From the sequence record MT491208.1: a DNA stretch of 62,537 nt, one strand, 5' to 3'. The stretch comes from Pseudomonas phage vB_PaeM_USP_25. This document shows positions 1 to 9,025 of this stretch, piece after piece. The notes beneath the pieces were generated by a model. That model saw only the letters and a program-made list of their open reading frames with translations, was not told the DNA's origin and did no database searches. Each line of letters starts with the position of its first letter. The stretch's first letter is position 1. Position numbers and translations under genes: made by a program.

Positions 1-204
1 CGCATGATCGTGATGGCAGCCGAGTACAGCCAGGCCGCGCAGCTCAACCAGCCGACCGGCGAGCAGCTCCGGCGTGAGTTGGAAATGCGCCAGACCGTGC
101 GCGCGGCCGTCGAAGGCGTCATCGCGCACGACCTTGAGCTGATCGAAACCATCGTCACCCGAACCATGGTGCGAGCCGAGAGCCTGGAGGCCGCCCATGC
201 ATAA
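1..204 (+). CDS. hypothetical protein, C-terminal part; in-frame with the partial ORF at the window end (62472..62537)
   Basis: ORF open from position 1 with high GC3; joining the window end to the window start gives a continuous reading frame. Confidence 0.5.
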   Translation, partial: RMIVMAAEYSQAAQLNQPTGEQLRRELEMRQTVRAAVEGVIAHDLELIETIVTRTMVRAESLEAAHA

Positions 205-386
205 GGCCAGGATCAAGACCGAGCGCATGCTGGCGCGCAAGTACAAGGCCATGGGCCTGCCAGTGCAGCGCCGCGCCGCAGTCGAGTACGCGCTGTTCTA
301 CCGGCGCCTGCAACAGTTCAACTAAAGCCACCAGGGCGCCAAAGAAGCGCCCGCACAACAAGCGCGTAGAGCGCCAGGGAGGACAC

Positions 387-770
387 ATGAGCGATACCCA
401 AGAGAAAGCCACCATCGAGCGCGACTGGAAGCCATCCGCTGAATTCCGCTACTTCATCTTCGACCCTGAGCAGGGCGAGTTCGTCTACTTCCGCACTGCA
501 GAGGATCGTGACCAGTCGGCGGACGGCATCATCCAGAGCTACCTGGACGACGGATGGGATGAGGCGGTCGAGAACATCGTGGCAGGCGAGGTCACGCACA
601 CCTGCGACAAGGTGAATGTGCAGGAGCGCCCACCGGAGGACGAAATCGACGGCGAGGGCTACGACCAGGACGGCAACTACTGGGCCGAGGAATGGAGCTA
701 CAGATGCGGCTACGAGCTGATTGCGGTGGCGCCAGAGGCTGCCACGCAGAGCGATGGAGAGCAGCCATGA
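387..770 (+). CDS. acidic hypothetical protein
   Basis: 127-aa ORF with a typical high-GC3 codon pattern; Asp/Glu-rich; no recognisable domain. Confidence 0.5.
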   Translation: MSDTQEKATIERDWKPSAEFRYFIFDPEQGEFVYFRTAEDRDQSADGIIQSYLDDGWDEAVENIVAGEVTHTCDKVNVQERPPEDEIDGEGYDQDGNYWAEEWSYRCGYELIAVAPEAATQSDGEQP

Positions 771-979
771 CCCAGCCCCGCATAGACAGCATCCGCATGA
801 CCTACCGCTCCGATCCGCCCCGCAAGAAGCCCCAGGCCGGCGACATTCGCATCACAGGCGGAAAGACCATGATCCGCCAGCAGGTGAAGCACAACGGCAT
901 GTACGTCGTCAGTGGTGGTCGCCCCGTGTGGGAATGGGTGGAGAAGGGGAGCGCAGAGGACCGAACGGCCAAGCGCTAG
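767..979 (+). CDS. hypothetical protein (70 aa)
   Basis: ATG at 767 overlaps the upstream stop; product MTQPRIDSIRMTYRSDPPRKK... Confidence 0.4.
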   Translation: MTQPRIDSIRMTYRSDPPRKKPQAGDIRITGGKTMIRQQVKHNGMYVVSGGRPVWEWVEKGSAEDRTAKR

Positions 980-1047
980 TCAGCACAACGGCGCCCCACG
1001 CGGGCGCCAGCCAATCAGGGGCGCCATAGGGCGCAAGGGGAAAGGTT

Positions 1048-1629
1048 GTGAGCGAAGAACTGAAGCCGTGCCCGTTTTGCGGTAGTGAAGCAGGATTATC
1101 CAAGGGCGGTCGCGCCCTATGCTCGAATGAGGGCTGCATTGCCTGTGATCTGTTTGCCCCAGTTGAGGACTGGAACCGCCGCGCCCAGCCCGCAGAGGCG
1201 GAAGGGGTGGAGGTAGTTGGGGTTGTATGCATCAGCCACTTCAAGAACAACCCAGCGGTAGAGAATGTGGAATTCCATCTGGCTGCCGATCTGCCTCAAG
1301 GGCAGCATGAGGTAATTCTTCATTCTAGCCACCTCGCCGCCCTGTCAGTCGTGACCGCCGAGCGGTATAGGTTGCAAGCAGCGCTCGACGATCCAGGCTA
1401 CCAGCCGAAGCATGCGAGGCGCCTGATTGCCCAGCTCCGCGCCGAGGTCGAGGCGCTGCGGGAGGCATTCGGCGAGTGCATCCAGTCTCTGCATGACGAA
1501 ATGCTTCAGCCCTACGGTGGCCAGAAGCCGGACGACATGCACCCGGTAACGCGACGCAACTATGACCGCGACATGGCAGAAATTGCCGAGTACCGCGCTG
1601 CCATGGCTGCGAAGGAGGCGAAGGCGTGA
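1048..1629 (+). CDS. Lar-family (restriction-alleviation-like) zinc-finger protein fused to a C-terminal domain of unknown function
   Basis: N-terminus KPCPFCGSEAG...CSNEGCIACD is the CPFCG/Cys4 signature of Lar/DUF restriction-alleviation proteins; about 140 extra C-terminal residues. Confidence 0.55.
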   Translation: MSEELKPCPFCGSEAGLSKGGRALCSNEGCIACDLFAPVEDWNRRAQPAEAEGVEVVGVVCISHFKNNPAVENVEFHLAADLPQGQHEVILHSSHLAALSVVTAERYRLQAALDDPGYQPKHARRLIAQLRAEVEALREAFGECIQSLHDEMLQPYGGQKPDDMHPVTRRNYDRDMAEIAEYRAAMAAKEAKA

Positions 1630-1847
1630 CCCTCCCGTTCGACAAAGCGCGCTGTTCGGGCCGCATGGACTTCCACCCAGAAGGGCCGGCGTGCGAGCAC
1701 CGCGATACCTGCGCACGCTACCTAGCGTTTACGCAGTGGGACCGGAAATCGGCGAAGGGTAACTATCGGGGCGCACTGGTCGTAATGGCCGTGCGCGACT
1801 GCAAGAACAAGATTGAGGCGCCAGAGAGCGCAAGGGGGAAGGAATGA
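1626..1847 (+). CDS. hypothetical protein (73 aa)
   Basis: start overlaps the upstream stop; coding-like composition. Confidence 0.4.
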   Translation: MTLPFDKARCSGRMDFHPEGPACEHRDTCARYLAFTQWDRKSAKGNYRGALVVMAVRDCKNKIEAPESARGKE

Positions 1848-2182
1848 GCTACCTAGACGACGAGGAACGCCAACTACGCTCCAGGCTGGCCGCCCTGCAC
1901 CGGGAGTACCTGGAGCGCGCCGAACCCATCACGCACCGCCTGGCGCAGATCGCAGCCATGCGCCCGCCCATGCCGATCATCGTGGAGGTGAAGGGCGAGC
2001 TACCCCAATGCATCGTGGACATCCTGGACGTGGCACCGAACCCAAAGCCGGACCCTCGCGCAATCGCCGACAAGGTAGAGCGCGAGTACGCCAGGGAGTC
2101 GAAAGCCAAGCACGGCAAGTGCATGAACTACCCAGGCTGCGGCTGCAAGATCCAGCACGGCTATGACTGCATACCGTTCTGA
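1844..2182 (+). CDS. hypothetical protein (112 aa)
   Basis: ATGA start/stop overlap with the upstream gene; coding-like GC3. Confidence 0.45.
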   Translation: MSYLDDEERQLRSRLAALHREYLERAEPITHRLAQIAAMRPPMPIIVEVKGELPQCIVDILDVAPNPKPDPRAIADKVEREYARESKAKHGKCMNYPGCGCKIQHGYDCIPF

Positions 2183-2224
2183 CCGCCACACACCACCACA
2201 TAGCGCCCAGGAGGCGCATAGCCC

Positions 2225-2530
2225 GTGAAGAAGGAACAGCTCAAGGAACTGGCCCAGCACGTCAAGGAGGCCATAGCGGAAGGCCAGAAGGCCGCAGACA
2301 CCGTAGAGGACGATGGCACCTGCAACATGGATACCGTCACCGTCTACCTGCCAGGTACTCGCCTGGCCACGATGGAGGCGCTGGGGATCAGCCGCTACAA
2401 GCTGCGTGACTCGTTCGCGATCAGTTGCAGCTTCGGCCAGGCCAACAAGAACACCAATGGCGTGCGCGCCGTGGCTGACTACCTCAAGGGGAAAGGCTGG
2501 GACGCTGGCGTCTGGTATCAGATGGACTGA
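2225..2530 (+). CDS. hypothetical protein (101 aa)
   Basis: GTG start after a GGAGG-like site; coding-like composition. Confidence 0.4.
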   Translation: MKKEQLKELAQHVKEAIAEGQKAADTVEDDGTCNMDTVTVYLPGTRLATMEALGISRYKLRDSFAISCSFGQANKNTNGVRAVADYLKGKGWDAGVWYQMD

Positions 2531-2575
2531 GCGACACCCTCTACCCACAACACAGCGCCAGGAGGCGCCAACACG

Positions 2576-2761
2576 ATGGCATGGAGACTGATTGAAGTCC
2601 CTGACGGCGAGAGCGAGGGCGACCTGACCAGTGGAGAGCTGGTCGGTGTCAGCATCCTGCTCGCTCAAGGCATGGGAGAGCCAGCCAACGAGCTGAACGT
2701 CTATTACCGCGCTTGGCTGAAGCTGCAACCCCAGGTGCGCGCGGCGATGGACGACGACTAG
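2576..2761 (+). CDS. hypothetical small protein (61 aa)
   Basis: ORF directly upstream of terminase small subunit; stop followed by the CCCCTGTAGGGCTGG motif. Confidence 0.35.
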   Translation: MAWRLIEVPDGESEGDLTSGELVGVSILLAQGMGEPANELNVYYRAWLKLQPQVRAAMDDD

Positions 2762-2817
2762 GCAAGCTCCCCTGTAGGGCTGGACGCACCAGCCCTGCAT
2801 CCCAAGACTGGCCACCT

Positions 2818-3555
2818 ATGGCCAGATCAGATAAGGCGGCAACGCCCGCCACCCTCGACCCCGCAAAGAACCCCGCCAAGCCCACCGGCAAGGCGGATAA
2901 ACCCGTTGCGCCCGACTGGGAGCGTATCGAGCTGGACTATCGGGCAGGCGTGAAGACCCTGCGCCAGATAGCGGACGAGCACGGCATCACCCATGGCGCG
3001 ATCAACAAGCGTGCGAAGCGTGATGGCTGGGAGCGTGACCTGGCCACGAAGATCCAAGCCAAGGCCGATGCACTGGTATCCAAGGCAGCGGTATCCAAGC
3101 CGGTATCCACGGAAACCAGGATCGCCGAGCGTGAGGTGATCGAGGCGAACGCTACCGCCATTGCCGATGTCCGCCTTGCCCATCGCCGTGACATCCAGCG
3201 CACTCGCAGCATCACCATGAAGCTGCTGGAGGAACTGGAGTACCAGACCGGCGCGGAGAACGTGTTTCTGCTGGAGCAGCTAGGCGAGCTGCTGCGCTCC
3301 GAGGACGACAGAGGCCAGGACAAGCTCAACGACCTGTACCGCAAGATCATTTCACTACCCGGCCGCGCCAAGACCATGAAGGACTTGGGCGAGTCGCTGC
3401 GTGTGCTGGTCGCCCTGGAGCGCCAGGCATTCGGGCTGGACGACAAGGACAACGCCCCGGTGGACGCGCTCACGTCGCTTCTGCATGGCATCGCCACCAC
3501 CAACGGCAACGCCTTTGCGCCTGTAGCGCAAGACCCCGAGCACGACGAGGACTGA
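2818..3555 (+). CDS. terS: terminase small subunit (HTH DNA-binding)
   Basis: sits immediately upstream of terminase large subunit; LRQIADEHGITHGAINKRAKRDGWER is a terminase-small-type HTH motif; ATG at 2818 chosen because the upstream part of the tracked ORF is junk-like. Confidence 0.65.
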   Translation: MARSDKAATPATLDPAKNPAKPTGKADKPVAPDWERIELDYRAGVKTLRQIADEHGITHGAINKRAKRDGWERDLATKIQAKADALVSKAAVSKPVSTETRIAEREVIEANATAIADVRLAHRRDIQRTRSITMKLLEELEYQTGAENVFLLEQLGELLRSEDDRGQDKLNDLYRKIISLPGRAKTMKDLGESLRVLVALERQAFGLDDKDNAPVDALTSLLHGIATTNGNAFAPVAQDPEHDED

Positions 3556-3559
3556 CCCG

Positions 3560-5188
3560 GTGGCCGCGACGGTGATCCACGACGAGCCATTGCTACCGCT
3601 CCCCACGGACGCGGACGAGCTGGCGCGCTGCCTGGCTGATCCCGAGTGGCGCCTTTTCTCCGGGTGCCTGTACAAGATCATGGTCAAGGGTGACGACAAG
3701 ATCGGCCCCGATGGCCAGATCGAGCCTGGCGATACGTTCGTCATGCCGTTCAAGCCCAACCGTGCGCAGCGTCGCTTTATCCGTCGGCTATGGCACCGGA
3801 ACCTGATCCTCAAGGCGCGCCAGCTTGGATTCACCACGCTGATCGCGATCATGTGGCTCGACCATGCGCTGTTCAACGCCAACCAGCGCTGCGGCATCAT
3901 CGCCCAGGACCGCGAGGCCGCCGAAGCAATCTTCCGCGACAAGGTGCGCTTCGGCTACGAGAACCTGCCTGCTGAGATCCGCGAGCGCTTCCCACTCCAG
4001 CGTGACAGCGCCGTGGAGCTGCTGTTCGAGCACAACAACAGCAGCGTGCGCGTGGCGACATCCATGCGCTCTGGCACCATCCACCGCTTGCACGTCTCCG
4101 AGTTCGGGAAAATCTGCGCCAAGTACCCGGACAAGGCGGCAGAGGTCATCACCGGCTCAATCCCAGCGGTGCCCACTAACGGCATCCTGGTCATCGAGAG
4201 CACGGCCGAAGGTCGCGACGGCGAGTTCTTCAAGATGGTCGGCATCGCTGAGGGCCAGCACGCCAGCAAGAAGAAGCTCACCGTCCGCGATTACCGCTTC
4301 CACTTCTATGCCTGGTGGCAGGAAGAGAGGTACCGACTCGATTCGTCGGTCATCGACATCACGCGCGAGGAACACGAATACTTCGACCTGGTGGAGGCGA
4401 AGGTTCGTCAGGACATGGGGCAGGACATTAGCCTGGACCCCGACCAGCGAGCCTGGTACGTCGCCACCAAGCGCGCCGACTTCGCCGGTGCCGAGGAACG
4501 AATGTGGCAGGAGTACCCATCGTTCCCGTCCGAGGCGTTCCAGGTCAGCACCGAAGGCAACTACTACGCCAAGGACATGATCGCCCTGCGCAAGCGCGGA
4601 GGCGTGTGCAAGATCCCGACGCTCGACGTGCCGATCAACACCTTTTGGGATATCGGGCGCAGTGATGGCTGCGCGATATGGTTCCACCAGGAAGTGCGCG
4701 GCGAGGATCGCTTTATCGACTACTACGAGGCGCACAACGAAGACCTGCGCCACTACGTCGCCGAGCTGCGCAAGCGTGGCTACGTGTTCGGGCGCCACTA
4801 CCTACCGCACGACGCAGACCACAAGCGCCTGAGCGACTTCAACAAGAGCACGCGGGAAATGCTCGAAGACCTGATGCCAGGTGAGAAGTTCAAAGTCGTG
4901 CCGCCCATAAGCGAGCTGATCACCGGCATACAGCAGACCCGCAAGCACCTGAAAGGCGCGTTCTTCGACGAGACGGGCTGCGACAAGGGTATCAAGCGGA
5001 TCGAGGGCTACAAGAAACGATTCTCCCGCGCCGATATGCGCTTCATCGACCAGCCGGACAAGAGCAACGGCTGTAGCGAGGGCGCCGATGCGCTGCGCCA
5101 GTGGGCACAGGCGAAGGAACTCGGAATGCTCGAAGCCGAATCAGTCACCACCTACCAAGAAGCCGAGGCGCCTGACTGGCGTCTATGA
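3560..5188 (+). CDS. terL: terminase large subunit
   Basis: 542-aa protein with ATPase and nuclease-like layout; placed between small terminase and portal; ATGA overlap with portal start. Confidence 0.8.
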   Translation: MAATVIHDEPLLPLPTDADELARCLADPEWRLFSGCLYKIMVKGDDKIGPDGQIEPGDTFVMPFKPNRAQRRFIRRLWHRNLILKARQLGFTTLIAIMWLDHALFNANQRCGIIAQDREAAEAIFRDKVRFGYENLPAEIRERFPLQRDSAVELLFEHNNSSVRVATSMRSGTIHRLHVSEFGKICAKYPDKAAEVITGSIPAVPTNGILVIESTAEGRDGEFFKMVGIAEGQHASKKKLTVRDYRFHFYAWWQEERYRLDSSVIDITREEHEYFDLVEAKVRQDMGQDISLDPDQRAWYVATKRADFAGAEERMWQEYPSFPSEAFQVSTEGNYYAKDMIALRKRGGVCKIPTLDVPINTFWDIGRSDGCAIWFHQEVRGEDRFIDYYEAHNEDLRHYVAELRKRGYVFGRHYLPHDADHKRLSDFNKSTREMLEDLMPGEKFKVVPPISELITGIQQTRKHLKGAFFDETGCDKGIKRIEGYKKRFSRADMRFIDQPDKSNGCSEGADALRQWAQAKELGMLEAESVTTYQEAEAPDWRL

Positions 5189-7503
5189 GGACTACCACCA
5201 TGCACAAAGACACCAATAGCCCCGGCGCCCAAGGCGAAGCAGCACCGCTGACGCAGCTTGAGTACAGCGATATCTTCAGCGAGATCGAGGAACAGCCCAA
5301 GTGGCGCCACACCGCCGACAAGGAAATGGACTATGCCGACGGCAACCAGCTCGACAGTGAGCTGCTGCGCCGACAGCAGGAGCTGGGCATTCCCCCTGCG
5401 GTGGAGGACCTGATCGGGCCTGCGCTGCTGTCCATCCAGGGTTATGAGGCCACCATACGCACGGACTGGCGCATCACGGCCAACGGCGAGCCTGGCGGGC
5501 AGGACGTGGCCGATGCATTGAACTACAAGCTGAACACGGCAGAGCGCGAGGCCAAGGCGGATCGGGCCTGTTCCGACGCCTTCCGCCCGCAGATCGCCTG
5601 CGGACTCGGCTGGGTAGAGGTGGCCAGGGAGTCGGACCCGTTCGCCTTCCCCTATCGCTGTACCGCCATCCATCGCAATGAGATCCACTGGGACATGAAG
5701 GCGATCAAGACGGACCTGTCCGACGCCCGATGGCTGCGCCGTCACCGCTGGATGACCGCCGACCGCATCGCCCTGGTGTTCCCCGAGCACAAGAAGCTGA
5801 TCGAGACATGCGGGCGCAGCGGACCGTCGTGGTGGCTGGACGACACCCTGGCGCTGGATGGTGGCAGCAGTACCGGCCTGGAGAACGCCTGGAACGATGG
5901 TCGCGCATGGACCCACCAGGAAGACCGCTGGTACAACTCCACGAGCAAGGAGCTGTGCCTGTCCGAACTCTGGTATCGCCGCTGGGTGCGCGTGCCGGTG
6001 ATCAAAACCCGAGACGGTCGCGTCGTGGAGTACGACGAGAACAACCTGGCTCACGTCATCACCGTCGCCAGTGGAGCGGCCAAGGTGGTCCAGGCCACCG
6101 TCACCCGCGTGCGGCGCAGCTACTGGCTCGGGCCTCACTGCCTACATGACGGGCCAAGCCCATACACCCATCGCCACTTCCCCTATGTGCCGTTCTGGGG
6201 CTTCCGCGAGGACGCGACCGGCATCCCCTACGGCTACGTGCGCGGCATGAAGTACGCCCAGGACTCGCTCAACTCTGGCAACAGCAAACTGCGCTGGGGC
6301 ATGAGCGTCACCCGCGTGGAGCGCACCAAGGGCGCCGTAGCCATGACCGATTCCCAGCTGCGCCGGCAGATTTCACGGCCAGACGCCGACATCGTGCTCG
6401 ATGCCGAACACATGCGGCATCCTGGCGCCCGCTTCGAGGTCAAGCGTGACTACACTCTCACCGACCAGCATTACCAGATGCTTAACGACAACCGTGCCAC
6501 CATCCAGCGCGTGTCAGCGGTCACGTCTGGATTCATGGGCAAGGAGGGCACCGCGCGCAGCGGATTGCAGGAGCAGACCCAGGTAGAGCAGAGCAATCAG
6601 TCCCTGGCTCGCATCATGGATAACTTCCGCGCCGCCCGTACCCAGGTGGGCGAACTGCTGCTGGCGATGATCGTCGAGGATCTAGGCAACGAGCCGCACA
6701 CCATCATCATCGAAGGCGATGCCGTGACCGAGGATCGCGCCGTTGTGATCAACAAGCCGGAGACGGACGAGCACGGCCGCCCCTACCTGTCCAACGACCT
6801 GCAACGCACCCGGCTCAAGGTGGCGCTGGAGGACGTGCCGAGCACCAATTCCTACCGTGGTCAGCAGCTCAGCGCGATGTCCGAGGCGGTCAAGAGCATG
6901 CCGCAGGAGTACCAGGCTGCTGTCCTGCCGTTCCTGGTCAGCCTTATGGACGTACCGTTCAAGCGCGACGTGGTGGAGGCTATCCGCGCCGCCAAGGAGC
7001 AGCAGACGCCCGAGCAGATCGAGCAGGCCAAGCAGGAGGCCATCCAGCAGGCACTCAAGGACGCCGGCAACGACCTCAAGGCGCGCGAGCTGGACATCAA
7101 GGAGCGCAAGGCAGATGGCGAGATCAGTGAGATCAACGCCCGCGCCGTGCAGATCGGTGTCCAGGCAGCGTTCAGCGCCATGCAGGCCGGGGCGCAGATC
7201 GCGCAGATGCCGATGATCGCGCCCATCGCCGACGCGGTGATGCAGGGAGCTGGATACCAGCGGCCGAACCCCATGGGTGACGATCCGAACTTCCCGGTAG
7301 CGGACCAGACGGCGGCCATGAATATCCAGTCGCCGTACATCCAGGGGCAAAACGCGGAAAGTGTCGCGACACCAAATGGAGAAATTCCCCCAGTTCGCGA
7401 GAACACCAGCCCGACGTATCCGCCCGTACCGCAAGACGGCGCCTCGCCCATGCAGGGTATCGAGACGCCACGCACCGAAGACAACCTTCCAGGAGCGCAG
7501 TGA
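5185..7503 (+). CDS. portal protein
   Basis: 772-aa protein directly after terminase large subunit; acidic and coiled C-terminus typical of portals. Confidence 0.75.
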   Translation: MRTTTMHKDTNSPGAQGEAAPLTQLEYSDIFSEIEEQPKWRHTADKEMDYADGNQLDSELLRRQQELGIPPAVEDLIGPALLSIQGYEATIRTDWRITANGEPGGQDVADALNYKLNTAEREAKADRACSDAFRPQIACGLGWVEVARESDPFAFPYRCTAIHRNEIHWDMKAIKTDLSDARWLRRHRWMTADRIALVFPEHKKLIETCGRSGPSWWLDDTLALDGGSSTGLENAWNDGRAWTHQEDRWYNSTSKELCLSELWYRRWVRVPVIKTRDGRVVEYDENNLAHVITVASGAAKVVQATVTRVRRSYWLGPHCLHDGPSPYTHRHFPYVPFWGFREDATGIPYGYVRGMKYAQDSLNSGNSKLRWGMSVTRVERTKGAVAMTDSQLRRQISRPDADIVLDAEHMRHPGARFEVKRDYTLTDQHYQMLNDNRATIQRVSAVTSGFMGKEGTARSGLQEQTQVEQSNQSLARIMDNFRAARTQVGELLLAMIVEDLGNEPHTIIIEGDAVTEDRAVVINKPETDEHGRPYLSNDLQRTRLKVALEDVPSTNSYRGQQLSAMSEAVKSMPQEYQAAVLPFLVSLMDVPFKRDVVEAIRAAKEQQTPEQIEQAKQEAIQQALKDAGNDLKARELDIKERKADGEISEINARAVQIGVQAAFSAMQAGAQIAQMPMIAPIADAVMQGAGYQRPNPMGDDPNFPVADQTAAMNIQSPYIQGQNAESVATPNGEIPPVRENTSPTYPPVPQDGASPMQGIETPRTEDNLPGAQ

Positions 7504-7700
7504 TGAATGATTGCCCAGGCTGCAAACCAGGCTCACCCATCCGCGCCTTCACTGCCGAGGACTACCAGCGCGCCATGGACCTACTGGCCTCACGCACCGA
7601 CATTGACGACGCCAAGCGGGCCGAAGTGAAGGAGTTCATCGACGACCACCGCCAGCGCTCAATCAAGGTGCATTCGTGCTTGCAGAATGAGCCTGGATAG
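7500..7700 (+). CDS. hypothetical small protein (66 aa)
   Basis: ATGA overlap with portal stop. Confidence 0.4.
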   Translation: MMNDCPGCKPGSPIRAFTAEDYQRAMDLLASRTDIDDAKRAEVKEFIDDHRQRSIKVHSCLQNEPG

Positions 7701-7757
7701 CCGAACCTTTACACCTGGCAGTTGATCAGGCTGTCATGCTCCCTCTGATGGTGATTC

Positions 7758-7795
7758 GCCCCGCACGGTTCCCCCAGCCTTGCGGGGCTTTTTTT
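7758..7795 (+). terminator. rho-independent terminator
   Basis: GCCCCGCA...TGCGGGGC stem followed by a T7 run. Confidence 0.7.
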
Positions 7796-7966
7796 CGCGT
7801 GCGCAACGCCGCAAACCAAGCCCTAGCCCCCTGTAGGGCTGGATCGGATTAAGCCTCGCCTCCCACACTCCCGTGCAAGTTGAGCGCAATAGCGCGCAGC
7901 GACACGCGGAGTGATCCGCATTGCTGACGACCCATTGCGGCCACGGCGATATGTGGCGGGATAGGC

Positions 7967-9013
7967 ATGAGTAAACAAGACGAGTTCATCCAGACGCTTG
8001 ACGGCGACATGACACCTGAGCAGCTTGCCCAGCTCCTAGAGCTTGGCGACGCGGGCGATACCGACGAAGAGTCGGATGAGGGAGGCGTGCCCACCGCTTC
8101 CGCTGATGCAGGTGATACAGGCGCAGCAGGCGACGCAGGCAAGGATCAACCGAACAACGAGGCAACAGACCCAGCTGGCGACCCCGCCAAGCCCGATGCG
8201 CAGACAAGCGCGGCAGGCGACGCGGAGATTGACCCGGCGAACGCTGTAGTCCTCGCAAAGGACGGTAAGCACACCATCCCCTACGACAAGCTGGTACAGG
8301 CGCGAGAAGGGGAGAAGCACTGGAAAGCGCAGGCAGAGGCGGCGCAGCGGCAGCTTGAGGAACTTCAAGCCCAGTCGCAGGCGCGAGCGGAAGCCGGCGA
8401 GGCGCCGACCAAGACCGACAACCAGGTAGCGGCCGCGCAAGCAGCCATTGACCAGGGCGTCGATCCGGGAATCTTCGGGGACTTCTCCGAGGAAGCGCTG
8501 GCGAAGGGAATCGCAACGCTAGTAGCGAGCCAGGTTGAAGCGCGCGTGAGCAAGGCACTGGAGCCGATCCAGGCCAAGCAAGCGACCGATGCAGCCACGT
8601 CTCACTACGACGCGATCTATGCGGCGCACCCCGACGCCGATTCCATTGCGGAATCGAAGGAGCTTGCAGATTGGATCGCTTCGCAGCCGTCCTTTGTGCG
8701 CAGCGCCTACGAGCAAGTGTTTACCAATGGCTCTACCACGGACGTGATCGAGCTGTTCGACCGATTCAAGCAGGCAACTGGTGCAACTCAGCCGGCAACC
8801 GACCCCGCTAAGGGCGACGTGAAGGCAAAAGCAAAGGAAGCCATCGACAAGGCAGCGGCAGCAGTGCCGGCCAGCCTGTCGGACTTCCCTGGCGGGCGCT
8901 CTGGCGCTACGTCGCGGGAGGAAGCGATGGCTGACATGGACGGTATTCAGCTGCTGGGCAGCATGGACGACATGACGCCCGAGCAGATCGAGTATTACCT
9001 GAACAAGCTCTAA
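7967..9013 (+). CDS. scaffolding protein
   Basis: 348-aa highly acidic, Ala/Gln-rich helical protein between portal and major capsid genes. Confidence 0.65.
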   Translation: MSKQDEFIQTLDGDMTPEQLAQLLELGDAGDTDEESDEGGVPTASADAGDTGAAGDAGKDQPNNEATDPAGDPAKPDAQTSAAGDAEIDPANAVVLAKDGKHTIPYDKLVQAREGEKHWKAQAEAAQRQLEELQAQSQARAEAGEAPTKTDNQVAAAQAAIDQGVDPGIFGDFSEEALAKGIATLVASQVEARVSKALEPIQAKQATDAATSHYDAIYAAHPDADSIAESKELADWIASQPSFVRSAYEQVFTNGSTTDVIELFDRFKQATGATQPATDPAKGDVKAKAKEAIDKAAAAVPASLSDFPGGRSGATSREEAMADMDGIQLLGSMDDMTPEQIEYYLNKL

Positions 9014-9025
9014 GGAGGGCAACCA

